Assembly: GCF_037042905.1 (NCBI RefSeq)
Contig: NC_087250.1
Span: 21,020,001-21,084,000, forward strand
DNA length: 64,000 nucleotides
Direction: 5' to 3'
From: Lytechinus pictus
Taxonomy: Eukaryota
Shown piece by piece: positions 27,587 to 38,442 of this stretch. A program made the position numbers and the translations under genes. The first letter of the stretch is position 1. Each line of letters opens with the position of its first letter. Below the pieces are notes generated by a model. The model was not told where the DNA came from, ran no database searches, and saw only the letters and a list, made by a program, of their open reading frames with translations.

Positions 27587-29120
27587 CTTTAAACTTTAGT
27601 CTTTAGTTAGGACTAACCCTTTAAAGAAAAAAAAATCCGCTTTTAGCGGCTGATCGGCGAAAATGTGGATGAAAATGTTTTTTCCACCCGGCCCCCCAAC
27701 CCTAGTGGCGAAAGCTTGGTCCACTCCTTAAATATGTCTCAAGTTCACGATCACAAAATGTCCCTTTTCTGAAATATATCAAAAATATTCAATTAGCGCA
27801 TTGCGCTCTCACTATGAAATATCTCCCCCCCCCCCGAGATATGCTTCAATGTTTACAATTTTCCAGGTCAATAACAGCTCGCGCTTTGTGCTCGCATTAT
27901 AAATTCAGTTTAATGCGTACCGGGTTTCATGAATTTGTAACTATATTATTACTGGTATATATATTATTGTCTTTTAAAAATAACATTATTTGTTTAGACG
28001 TAGTGAGAGAGATACATATATTCATTTATTAAAACATATTTATATTGTCGCTATTGCATAGAATAGAACAAAAATACAACCGAAGTCTAGTTTTATAGTA
28101 ACTCACCAGTAGCGTAATGAGCCAACAACAACAATTGGAGGGGGCCAGACAAGGATTACATTTATTTTCCTTTCCTTTATTTATTTTTTTCATTGGTAGG
28201 GAGAATGGGGGGGGGGGGGGATCCGAGACCCCTAGCACGCCCCTCCCCCATCTGTACGCCAGTGATGATCATACTTTCGTTTGGAACAAATTGAAAGAAA
28301 AAAGATGCAAGGGTAGATAAGGCCCAAGATGTAAATAAAAATTATTGATAAAAATATCAATAATTATAATGCTGCTAAATATACAATAAATCAAGCGGTC
28401 ATCAATGAAAATAAACAGCGTGACAGAACAAAACGAGAAAGAGAGAGAGCCCGTGCGAATGTATGGCGTATAAGTTGCTGGAAAGCAGAAGATATATTGT
28501 GTCCAGCATCCCCCCCCCCCAATTTCTCTCCCCGCTCAAGACCGGAGTGAAACCAATGATAATAATATATAAACAAAAATCCAGATTCACAATTTCAATG
28601 GGGAGTGTGTCATTCCCCTTCTCCGTTACAATTTGTCAAGTGGCAGCGGCAGGGAGAACGATTTGTTTTGTTTTTTTAAGCAGAAAGCTGTGATGATAGG
28701 GGGAGAATGAAATAAATAAAATATTAACGAATAACAAGAAAAAAAAAACCAACATAACAATTTGTATCAGGATGAATATCTTATCATTTCAAACATAGAC
28801 CAACTTGGAGAAATAAGATGTTCATGCAATTATCACGGAGCAATTGTCGTATAATCGGAGCAGAAGTCGGCGGAGCAATTATCGGCGGAGCAATTTTCGG
28901 CGGAGCAGATGTCGACGGAGCAAATGTCGGCGGAGCAAATATCGGTGGAGCAAATATCGGCGGAGCAGATGTCGGCGGAGCAGATATCGGCGGAGCAAGT
29001 GTCGACGGAGCAACTGTCGGCGGAGCAACTGTCCGGAGCAATTGTCGGCGGAGCAGTTGTCGTATTTTGCGTAGCAATTGTCGGCGGAGCAGATGTCGGC
29101 GGAGCAATTGTCGGGTCACC

Positions 29121-29260
29121 CATTTAGCACCTGGGTCGAGGGTGGCAAAGTGTGGATTAACGCCTTGCCAAAGGACGCCAGACCGCGATGGGATTCGAAC
29201 ACACGTGACGACCCTCTCTTTACAAGGCGAGAGTCTGAACCACTACACCACGGCTCCTCC
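29121..29260 (-). mobile_element. tRNA-SINE, head half of the split copy
   Basis: catttagcacctggg..ggcaaagtgtggattaac matches 27445-27490; minus-strand head gtggtgtagtgg..gttcgaatcc. Confidence 0.8.
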
Positions 29261-30839
29261 ATTTTCCATGCAGGTCAGTCTGTTTCCCATCAGAATCACT
29301 ATATACATGCCACAATTAAGTTATCGACCTATTTACTTAAATTCCCTGACGTTATTGACATGGTTGATTGACCTCTAGCCCCTACATATATTTTACATGG
29401 CCATTATTTATCCTTATTTCAGAGTGAAATTATTAAACATCCAAGTTTTCATTACACATATTTACCTTTCTTTCTATTATTCACATATAAAATGTGAATA
29501 TAATGGATTAATTTCTTTTTGGGGGAATCATGCATGGATATATAAATATTTACTATATTTTGACCTTTGACTTTGGATATCAAAGGTGAAGGATTATTCT
29601 TTATGATTATTTTGTGCCTTTTTATCTTCTTGCAAAAATTGTTTTTTGACACCAAAATCACCAACATGCAGTGTTTTATCTAGGAGATACCATTAAACGA
29701 TATATATAGCCTATGTAAAAAAGTCAATGACCTTTGACCTTGAACTTTATTGATTATTATGCATTCTGGGTACTTAATCTAATTTCATTTGATCTTCCTG
29801 TATACCTCTGCATTTTGACACCAAGATCACCAAACTGCGTCTTTTCATCTCAGAGATACCGTATATGGTATATAATGCGAAAAAGGTAATTGACCTTTGA
29901 AAGGCTTTAACCTTGAATTTCATTGGTGAATGATCATTGTACGTACTTGATTTTATTTTATTTGATCTTCTTGTAAGAATATGTACATTTTGACAACAAG
30001 ATCACCAACCTGTGCCTTTTCATCTCAGATATACCATTATACGTATATGTTATATAATGTGAAAAGGGTCATTGACCTTTGAAAGGTTTTGACCTTGAAT
30101 TTCATGGGTGAATGAGCATTGTAGGTACTTGCTTTTATTTTATTTGATCTTCTTGTAAGAATCTGTGCATTTTGACACCATGATCACCAACCTGTAATAT
30201 TTTATCTGGGAGATACCATGATACAGAATATTTAAAAAGGTCATTGACCTTTAACCTTGAAAAAAACTTTCCCCAACCCGTATTCCTCCTAACTTTTTTG
30301 GTAAATGTTGACACCAATATCTTCTCAAATCAGTCAAAAAAACATTTCCAATAATTTTATTCCAGATGGTTACTAATTACGGGATACTCAAAATACAGGG
30401 CTCAAACACAACGGTTTGACAGAGCAAATTACCGCTTCTTTCCTATAACATCTCTTCCTCAGACGTGGTGTCAAACTAACTTGTTTCTTTTTGATAAATT
30501 TATATATTTGGCATTTGATTTGCACTTTTTAGATTTATTAGGAAGAAAAATTGTACATGTAGGCTACTGTACACCTTGGGGTTCTCACTTGCATAAAAAT
30601 GACAAAAAAAATCGCAAACGCCCTGATCAAGTAAACGCTCAAGCTGCTCTGACGGAGCTTGAAAAAAAAAACGCACGAGCGAAATGTTCCCTTTATGCAT
30701 AAAATTTTTAGCAATGACTTAATCGTGAAGCAAATGCTAGCAGGCAGTTAGTCATTGCTTGAGCTTACTAGCAAAAGCATTTGCTTGCTAATTTTTATAC
30801 ATACAGAATCAAGCAAAGCCTAGCAAAAGCAATTGCTAC

Positions 30840-31093
30840 TGTGACGAGATAATAATACATGTTTAAGTCTGGAGTACAGACTAGAAAAAAGGATATCGCT
30901 ATGTGAACAACGGACTTGTGAATCTGAATCGTCATGTGTACATTTTGTATATAAACTGTTTTAAACGATTTGACATGGCGTGGCTTGTTGCTTATTCATG
31001 AGTGCATGTCTGAATGGAGATTCAGGAGGTTTACGTTGGAGTTTGTCCAGGACAGGTAACAATAAGAGCTTGTCAGGACCAGCAAACGTAACA
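30840..31093 (+). repeat. 5' LTR, 254 bp
   Basis: tgtgacg...cgtaaca; identical by eye to 37364-37617. Confidence 0.97.
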
Positions 31094-31094
31094 G

Positions 31095-31112
31095 TGGGGG
31101 CTTGTCCGTGAG
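31095..31112 (+). promoter_or_regulatory. Primer binding site, tRNA-Pro type
   Basis: TGGGGGCTTGTCCGTGAG versus the known tRNA-Pro PBS TGGGGGCTCGTCCGGGAT. Confidence 0.85.
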
Positions 31113-31762
31113 TCAATCCTCCGCCTAACAGTGGGGGCTTGGTGAGAGTCGACCCAGAACTCTCGGCGTAAGTTGTATCGAAGTACCGTATAACGTATAA
31201 TGCTAGCGCCGGCAAAGTCGCATGAACGTATTATCGATGCGTGCAATCGTATTCAACGTGAGGATTGTCATTAGACATTTGCATGGGTGTGTGGATATCT
31301 CTGTCAGTGTGTTGTGTATGACGCTGTGTGGTGGCGCACAAGGTTGAGTATGGCGTGCCGTTTGTTCCATGAGGCACTTCCATGTATTTCAGTGTGTCTC
31401 GCTGTGCGATGTGTTTTGCTCACGTAGAGTTGAATGAAATTTGGGTTGATGATATTTCAACTGGTTAACCATTTTTTAAGGGTTGCTGTGTCGGTTGATG
31501 GAAACTGACAGTGTCGACTGGAGTCAAGTTGACAGTGTGGTTGGAAAAATTTTCAACTGGAGTGACCGAGTCAGGTTACCGTTTCTGTAGGTTGAGGTCA
31601 TATCTACAGGGTCAGCCAGGTCAGGTTGACATTTTCTTATGTGGTTGATATAATTTTCAACTGTGATAACCATATTGGTTATTGTCTTGGCTAAGAATTA
31701 AAGGTTTTCTTTAGCTGTTTCTAGTCTTTTCAGCGTTAAAGATTAGGGGTCTTTTGTTGACC

Positions 31763-33478
31763 ATGGCGGAATTTTCTTTGGACGATTTCGTTGATTCTCC
31801 CAGTGTTGAGAAGTTGCTGGTTCTGAAGAAGGTTCATCTCTTGGAGATTGCTCATCATTACCAGGTTGCTGAGGTAAGGAATACTTGGCGTAAATTAGAA
31901 ATTCTGAAAGCTGTAATTCAGTGGTTAGTGGAAGAGGAAGATGTTCTGCCACTTGAAGCTTTATCTAAGGTTCCGATTGAGTCTGTGAATGTGGACTTGA
32001 CAGAGAAATTGCGTTTGAAAGAGTTGGAACTAGAGATAGCGAAAGTTGAGCTTGAACGAGAACACGTAGTTTTGAGAAGGGAGCATGAGAATGCTAGAGA
32101 AAGAGAAGAAATTAGGCAAGTAAAGTCTGATTTTTATGTTGCGAAACATGTTCGAATGGTTCCCGTTTTTCAGGAGGGGGAGGAGATAGAGAAATATTTC
32201 CTTCACTTTGAAAAGGTAGCTGTTAGTTTGAGTTGGCCGCAAGAAAAATGGTCACACTTGTTACAATCTCAGTTGAAGGGTAAAGCTCGAGATGCTTATT
32301 CAGCTTTGTCAGTTGATGATGCGGGTCGTTATGACGTTGTTAAAGCAGCAGTGTTGCGTGCTTATGAGCTTGTACCGGAGGCGTACCGTCAACAATTTCG
32401 GAAAACACGCAAAGATGAGACCGAAACTCATCTTGAGTTTGCTAGGCGCAAACAACAGTTGTTTGATAGATGGAGTTCGTCACTCCATGCAGATAGCTTT
32501 GATAAGCTTAGAGAAATAATTCTTCTCGAAGAGTTTAAGCGTAGTGTGCATTTCGATGTTAGGTTGCATCTTGAAGAGCAGCAAATAGGAACGCTTAATG
32601 AAGCAGCGAAGCTTGCAGATGATTATGCGTTAACGCACAAAATCACAAACAAAAAATCAGATGAGACAAACAAATCTGGAAAGTGGAAAAACAAAAACAA
32701 AAATGGTGCTTCAGCACACAACAAGAAAGAAGTAAAACCACAATCTAAAGATGACGAGCAAGAAAAGAAATGCTATGCATGTCACAAGGTTGGTAATTTT
32801 AAAGCAAAGTGTCCTACACTTAAAGGAAAAACAAGTGAAACAAGTAATGCACATCCAAATGCATTTGTGAATAATTTGCTAAGTTCAGAGAGTAGGATTG
32901 AGCCAGTTAACTTAGAGAAAGTGAAAAAGCAATATGAACCGTTTGTTTCTGTAGGATATGTTTCCCTAGCTGGTCGTGTCGAAGCAAGGAAAGTGAAAGT
33001 GTTGCGTGATACTGGTGCTTCTCAGTCTTTGATCTTGGAGAGTGTGTTGCCTTTTGGTGAGAAATCTTGTGTTGGAGCTAGTGTTTTGCTCCAAGGAATA
33101 GGAGATGGCTTTGTAAAAGCACCCCTTCATGTGGTAGACTTGAAATCAGACCTTGTTTCTGGTAGTGTGGAAATGGCTGTGAGACAATCACTTCCGGTGG
33201 CAGATGTTTCCATCATTTTAGGGAATGATCTTGCTGGTGATAAAGTTGTGCCATGTCCAGTTGTGAGTGCTATTCCGTGTGAGAGTAGTAAAACAGAGCA
33301 GTTGGTTGCAGAATTTCCTACTGTGTTTCCGTCTTGTGCTGTAACTCGTTCGATGGCAAAGAAAGTAGAGTCTGAATCGAAGTCTAGTGAGCTAGATGAG
33401 GTTAACTTGGGAGATTCTTTCTTTTGTCGTTTGGTTGATGATGAATGTGAATCAAATGTGAATGAGGGTGCAGGATAA
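31763..33478 (+). CDS. gag: Gag (capsid/SCAN-like region, degenerate zinc knuckle) plus aspartic protease
   Basis: ccATGg start; CYACHKVGNFKAKC knuckle; LRDTGA protease motif; ILGND. Confidence 0.9.
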   Translation: MAEFSLDDFVDSPSVEKLLVLKKVHLLEIAHHYQVAEVRNTWRKLEILKAVIQWLVEEEDVLPLEALSKVPIESVNVDLTEKLRLKELELEIAKVELEREHVVLRREHENAREREEIRQVKSDFYVAKHVRMVPVFQEGEEIEKYFLHFEKVAVSLSWPQEKWSHLLQSQLKGKARDAYSALSVDDAGRYDVVKAAVLRAYELVPEAYRQQFRKTRKDETETHLEFARRKQQLFDRWSSSLHADSFDKLREIILLEEFKRSVHFDVRLHLEEQQIGTLNEAAKLADDYALTHKITNKKSDETNKSGKWKNKNKNGASAHNKKEVKPQSKDDEQEKKCYACHKVGNFKAKCPTLKGKTSETSNAHPNAFVNNLLSSESRIEPVNLEKVKKQYEPFVSVGYVSLAGRVEARKVKVLRDTGASQSLILESVLPFGEKSCVGASVLLQGIGDGFVKAPLHVVDLKSDLVSGSVEMAVRQSLPVADVSIILGNDLAGDKVVPCPVVSAIPCESSKTEQLVAEFPTVFPSCAVTRSMAKKVESESKSSELDEVNLGDSFFCRLVDDECESNVNEGAG

Positions 33479-33514
33479 ACTCAAAGTACAGAAGAGAAAA
33501 GTAAATGTGAACCA

Positions 33515-36292
33515 ATGCCGATAAGTAAGAGTAAGTTGTTAGAGGAGCAACAAAAAGATCCTCAGTTAGTATCCATGTTTGAGAGAGCGATCTCTGAAGA
33601 GGAGGCATTGACCGTGCCTGTTTGTTATTATACGAAGTCAGGTGTTTTGATGAGAAAGTGGAGGCCGATAGATGTTCCTGCTGATGAAGTTTGGAAAGAG
33701 GTCCACCAGATTGTAGTTCCTTCTACTTATAGGCCGGAAATACTTAGTCTTGCTCATGAAGCACCACTTGCAGGTCACTTGGGAGTCTATAAGACTCGGG
33801 AGAAAATCCTTTCTCATTTCTTTTGGCCGGGTTTACAAAAGGATGTTGCAAACTATTGCAGAAATTGTCATGTATGTCAGGTAGTAGGTAAACCGAATCA
33901 GAAAATACCAGTCGCGCCATTAAAACCAGTGCCAGCGTTCGATGAACCGTTTGCAAGAATTATCATAGATTGCGTAGGTCCGCTTCCGAGGACAAAAGCG
34001 GGTAATGAATTCCTGTTTACCATTATGTGCGCAAGTACCAGGTATGTCGAAGCGATTCCACTTAGACGTATCACCGCAAACAATGTGAGCAAGGCGCTGA
34101 TCAAGTTTTTCACGACTGTAGGATTACCGCGTACCGTTCAGTCTGATCAAGGATCAAACTTTATGTCGAAAGTCTTTAAGCAAGTGCTAGGGCAGTTAGG
34201 GATTGAACATGTAGTTTCTAGTGCATACCATCCTGAATCGCAAGGAGCACTTGAGAGATGTCATCAGACACTTAAGAACATGCTCAAATCATATTGTTTG
34301 GAGACAGAGAAACAATGGGATGAGGGAATTCCATTGTTGCTATTTGCTTTGAGAGAATCTGTTCAAGAATCTCTTGGTTTCAGCGCATTTCAGCTCGTGT
34401 ATGGACATGAAGTCCGTGGACCCCTCAGGTTGTTGAGTGAAAGGTTGTTGTCAGATGAGGAAGATGTAAATATGTTGGACTACGTATCGTCTTTCCGTGA
34501 GAGATTGCATCGTGCTTGTGAAGTTGCTAGGAAGAATTTGTCTGATTCTCAGGAGAAAATGAAGTCTTGGTATGACAAGAAGTCCAAGGAAAGGAATTTC
34601 AAGGCAGGTGATGAAGTTTTGGTTTTGTTACCAGTAGTTGGTAATGCTTTGCAGGCTAGATTTTCTGGACCGTATACCATTATGAAGAAAGTTGGTGATG
34701 TTGACTATGTCGTCAAAACTCCAGATAGAAGAAAGAAAAAGCGTGTATGTCATGTGAATATGATAAAAGCTTATGTTCAAAGAGATGATGAAAAGAGAGC
34801 ACAACCAGTGTTGAGTGCTGTAGAATCTGAGCTGAATGATGAAAGTGAAGAGATGTGTAAAATTGAGAGAGATGAACCATGTGTGAAATTGAAAAATTCA
34901 GAAGATCTAACACACATCAATGACAAACTAACCCACTTGTCTGAGAAGGAGAGGAGGGATGTGAAAGAGCTGTTGAATGAGTATCCGCAGATATTTGCAG
35001 ATATCCCATCTCGTACTGATGTTGTTGAACATGATGTTGATGTGGGAGATACCGCCCCAATCAAGCAGGCACCTTATCGTGTTAACCCAGTAAAGATGAA
35101 GAATCTTGAAAAAGAAATAGAGTACATGCTGCAGAATGGCATCATCGAGCCAAGTAGCAGCGCATGGTCGTCACCATGCATCTTAGTTCCGAAACCGGAT
35201 AAGTCGTATCGTTTCTGTACCGACTACAGAAAAGTCAATTCGAGTACAAAGACCGATTCTTTCCCGATACCGCGCGTAGATGATTGTATTGACCGTATAG
35301 GCAAGGCGAAGTATGTAAGCAAATTCGATCTGCTTAAAGGCTATTGGCAGATTCCGTTGACTAAGAGAGCGCAAGAAATCTCTGCATTTGCTACACCTCA
35401 AGGCCTATTCCATTACACTGTGATGCCATTCGGTATGAAAAATGCGCCGGCTACATTCCAAAGACTTGTGAATAGTCTTGTCTCTGGTCTTGAAGGCTGT
35501 GAAGCTTACATAGATGACTTGATTGTGTATAGTGAAGATTGGAAAGTTCATGTACAAAGAATCAGAGATTTGTTCAGGAGATTGTCTGATGCCAAATTGA
35601 CAGTCAACTTGGCAAAGAGTGAGTTTGGAGGTGCTACTGTTAGTTTCTTGGGTCACGTTGTTGGTTCAGGTCATGTTCGACCACTCTCAGCGAAGGTAGA
35701 AGCTATTCTGGCGTTCCCGACTCCAACCAACCGGAAGGAACTGATGAGGTTTCTTGGCATGGCAGGCTACTACAGACGATTCTGCCATAACTTCTCTGAT
35801 GTCGTCGCCCCGCTGACCAATCTACTACGGAAGGAGGTGAAGTTCATCTGGTCCAGTGACTGTCAGAGTGCTTTTGACAAAGTGAAAGCACTCCTATCTA
35901 CCAATCCTGTACTGGTGGCTCCAGATTTTAGTCAGCCATTCTCTCTGATGGTTGACGCTAGTGATGTGGGTGCCGGAGCTGTTCTTACGCAGAAAGATGA
36001 ACAGGGAACAGACAGGCCCAAGTTTTCGAGCAGTCAGAGAAATTATTCCACTGTGGAGAAGGAAACTTTGGCGTTAATCTTTGCACTGCAACACTTTGAA
36101 GTGTATGTGAGTGGATCTCAACATGCATTGGACATATGGACAGATCATAATCCTTTGACGTTTCTAAGTAAGATGAAAAACAAAAATCAAAGACTTACAA
36201 GGTGGAGTCTACTGCTCCAAGAGTACAACTTGAACATTAGACATCTACCGGGAAAAGACAACATTATTGCAGACACATTGTCGCGAGTGTAA
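33515..36292 (+). CDS. pol: Pol: integrase, then reverse transcriptase and RNase H
   Basis: HHCC (AHE..GHLG..CHVC); DDE (IDCVGP, SDQG, LERCH); GPY; RT FDLLKGYW, MPFG, YIDD; RH VDAS, EKE, TDH, ADTLSR. Confidence 0.95.
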   Translation: MPISKSKLLEEQQKDPQLVSMFERAISEEEALTVPVCYYTKSGVLMRKWRPIDVPADEVWKEVHQIVVPSTYRPEILSLAHEAPLAGHLGVYKTREKILSHFFWPGLQKDVANYCRNCHVCQVVGKPNQKIPVAPLKPVPAFDEPFARIIIDCVGPLPRTKAGNEFLFTIMCASTRYVEAIPLRRITANNVSKALIKFFTTVGLPRTVQSDQGSNFMSKVFKQVLGQLGIEHVVSSAYHPESQGALERCHQTLKNMLKSYCLETEKQWDEGIPLLLFALRESVQESLGFSAFQLVYGHEVRGPLRLLSERLLSDEEDVNMLDYVSSFRERLHRACEVARKNLSDSQEKMKSWYDKKSKERNFKAGDEVLVLLPVVGNALQARFSGPYTIMKKVGDVDYVVKTPDRRKKKRVCHVNMIKAYVQRDDEKRAQPVLSAVESELNDESEEMCKIERDEPCVKLKNSEDLTHINDKLTHLSEKERRDVKELLNEYPQIFADIPSRTDVVEHDVDVGDTAPIKQAPYRVNPVKMKNLEKEIEYMLQNGIIEPSSSAWSSPCILVPKPDKSYRFCTDYRKVNSSTKTDSFPIPRVDDCIDRIGKAKYVSKFDLLKGYWQIPLTKRAQEISAFATPQGLFHYTVMPFGMKNAPATFQRLVNSLVSGLEGCEAYIDDLIVYSEDWKVHVQRIRDLFRRLSDAKLTVNLAKSEFGGATVSFLGHVVGSGHVRPLSAKVEAILAFPTPTNRKELMRFLGMAGYYRRFCHNFSDVVAPLTNLLRKEVKFIWSSDCQSAFDKVKALLSTNPVLVAPDFSQPFSLMVDASDVGAGAVLTQKDEQGTDRPKFSSSQRNYSTVEKETLALIFALQHFEVYVSGSQHALDIWTDHNPLTFLSKMKNKNQRLTRWSLLLQEYNLNIRHLPGKDNIIADTLSRV

Positions 36293-37352
36293 ACTGAATC
36301 CTTAACTTTGAACAATTTGATAACTTCGAATTCGTGTGAACTTTGAAGTCTGGACAATGGAAGTTTAACGTCGTGTGTATCAATGCGAAATTCGGACAAT
36401 GAAAGTTTGATATCATCAATGTGATAAACAGTGAACGTTTGACATCGTGTTATGTCATCGTGACGTTTGAGCAGTGAACGTTTGACAGCGTGTTAATTCA
36501 TCGTGACATTTGAACTGTGAACGTTCGATATTGTGTATAATCAAGGTGAAATTTGGAAACTGCACTTTCTGTGAACTGTGGAACTTGAAACTTATTTCAT
36601 CATGTGAATTTATACCTAAATGCTTACTTGTCATCTCAATTTAATGGATACTCCGGAATGGACTCTATACCATGTTTGATTTGAAAGTGAACTGAACTTG
36701 TGTTTTTTCTGGATTTCTGGATGCCAACTGTGCTCATGTTTACACTATATCTTGGATCAAGTAATCTGAACCTACTGTGAATCTTCATAAACATTCAATG
36801 AACCCTAACTGAAGCGATGATGTTGAACTTCGTTGAACTGAAACTATAATTGGAAGAAGATATTGGAAATCAGAAGTTTGAACTTACATCTTGAATGATT
36901 TCTCATATTATTGACTTTTGGACTCAGTGAAGCAATGCTTTTTATATTGCTTTTCTCATCACACTTGGAAGTAATATCATGTATTTTTTATGTTGATTAT
37001 TCATGTGAAATTTCTTATGACTATGTTTATTACGAACATACATGTATTTCAGAACATGCGTGTACCTTTTGATGAATAAGTTTTACTACATGCATGCGCT
37101 ATCAATACATGTCTGTTTTACTCATTTCATTATACTATGTTTTATATTATGCTTTTCTTTTGCCAAAGTATGCGAAATTGCTGCACAAAAAGCGTGAAAT
37201 TGAAAAAGGGCATTTCGATGTGTTTTAATAGATTAACTGTGTTTGGTTAAGCGCTATATTCATTGTGATAATGTTCGTTTATATTAACAAGCAAAATTTG
37301 AGTTGCGAACATACTTATTGCAATTTCTTTGAAAAATTATAAGCATGTTTTT

Positions 37353-37363
37353 AAGGAAGGGAG
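37353..37363 (+). promoter_or_regulatory. Polypurine tract
   Basis: aaggaagggag directly before the 3' LTR. Confidence 0.9.
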
Positions 37364-37617
37364 TGTGACGAGATAATAATACATGTTTAAGTCTGGAGTA
37401 CAGACTAGAAAAAAGGATATCGCTATGTGAACAACGGACTTGTGAATCTGAATCGTCATGTGTACATTTTGTATATAAACTGTTTTAAACGATTTGACAT
37501 GGCGTGGCTTGTTGCTTATTCATGAGTGCATGTCTGAATGGAGATTCAGGAGGTTTACGTTGGAGTTTGTCCAGGACAGGTAACAATAAGAGCTTGTCAG
37601 GACCAGCAAACGTAACA
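37364..37617 (+). repeat. 3' LTR, 254 bp
   Basis: Direct repeat of 30840-31093. Confidence 0.97.
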
Positions 37618-37729
37618 CTACTTTATATGCATCTGACCCATTGTCCCCTTGTGTAAATAGTCTTTTATGAACAAAATAATAGTATTGATTGATTGCAGTT
37701 ACATTGTTGCATTCTCTGTTTCTCGCAGT

Positions 37730-38442
37730 GGGTTCACGTGGTAACCACCTAAACTGGGTATGATTTGTTTTTAGACAAGCTAAACGGAATTATTAAAGGG
37801 AACTCAATTTTAAGAACGGGGGGGGGGGGGGGGGACTAAAGATAGGCTCATATAAACGATCAAAATTACAATTTCATTTTGTTTTCATTGTCAGACGAAA
37901 GCTTACAAATCATATTCTTTTTTTCTTATCTCATTTATGCTGTATATATATATAGAGTGTAGGTAATGTTTTATATAAATGACTTCAGCACTTTGATCTG
38001 ATCAATCAAGTGTATATATTTTTTTTATTTAACCTCAGCTGACTGCATACTTATGTGAACCAAATCGATAGTTTAGTAAAACAATATTTCGAAATGTAAT
38101 TAACTTTATATTGTCTATACGATCCTATTTGAGGAAAGGCTGAATATTCTAATGAAATTAATTTCAGACGTAATTATGATAGAATATTTAAACAGAATGG
38201 GGGGCATAAGTTATATGATAGCAACTACAATTTTGCACACGAAGTGCAAATCTGACGACCCAGCCGTGGTGGCGAAAACTTTCCACTAACACGATGTACA
38301 GCACAATTAGAATGAGTGATCTCGATATTTAAATGTGCATTATACTTTCCCATTACTTGTCAAGCTTATTAAAGCTTTCGTTGATCTTATTTTGTTTCTG
38401 TTTTTTAAGAGCTAACTTGCTATAGGGGTTTCATTCACCTTA
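37730..38442. repeat. Segmental duplication block D, copy 1
   Basis: Matches 42700-43566 (tggtaaccacct, agacgaaagcttacaaatcat, tagcaactacaattttgcacacgaagtgca). Confidence 0.85.

Larger units (their letters stand above)
24049..29120. mobile_element. Foldback-like non-autonomous DNA transposon with minisatellite TIRs
   Basis: Termini GGT..ACC; inverted arrays of a 15-bp unit (gacaattgctccgcc and variants) at 24057-24612 and 28836-29112; TSD CATTTAGC at 24041-24048 and 29121-29128. Confidence 0.85.
30840..37617 (+). mobile_element. Full-length Ty3/Gypsy LTR retrotransposon, Gmr1 clade
   Basis: TG..CA LTRs, 4-bp TSD CTAC (30836-30839 and 37618-37621), PBS, PPT, and integrase upstream of RT. Confidence 0.97.

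Noticed and set aside
27055..27592. Poly-I/poly-N ORFs (also 42311-42716 and 43666-44047)
   Set aside because: Translations of microsatellites
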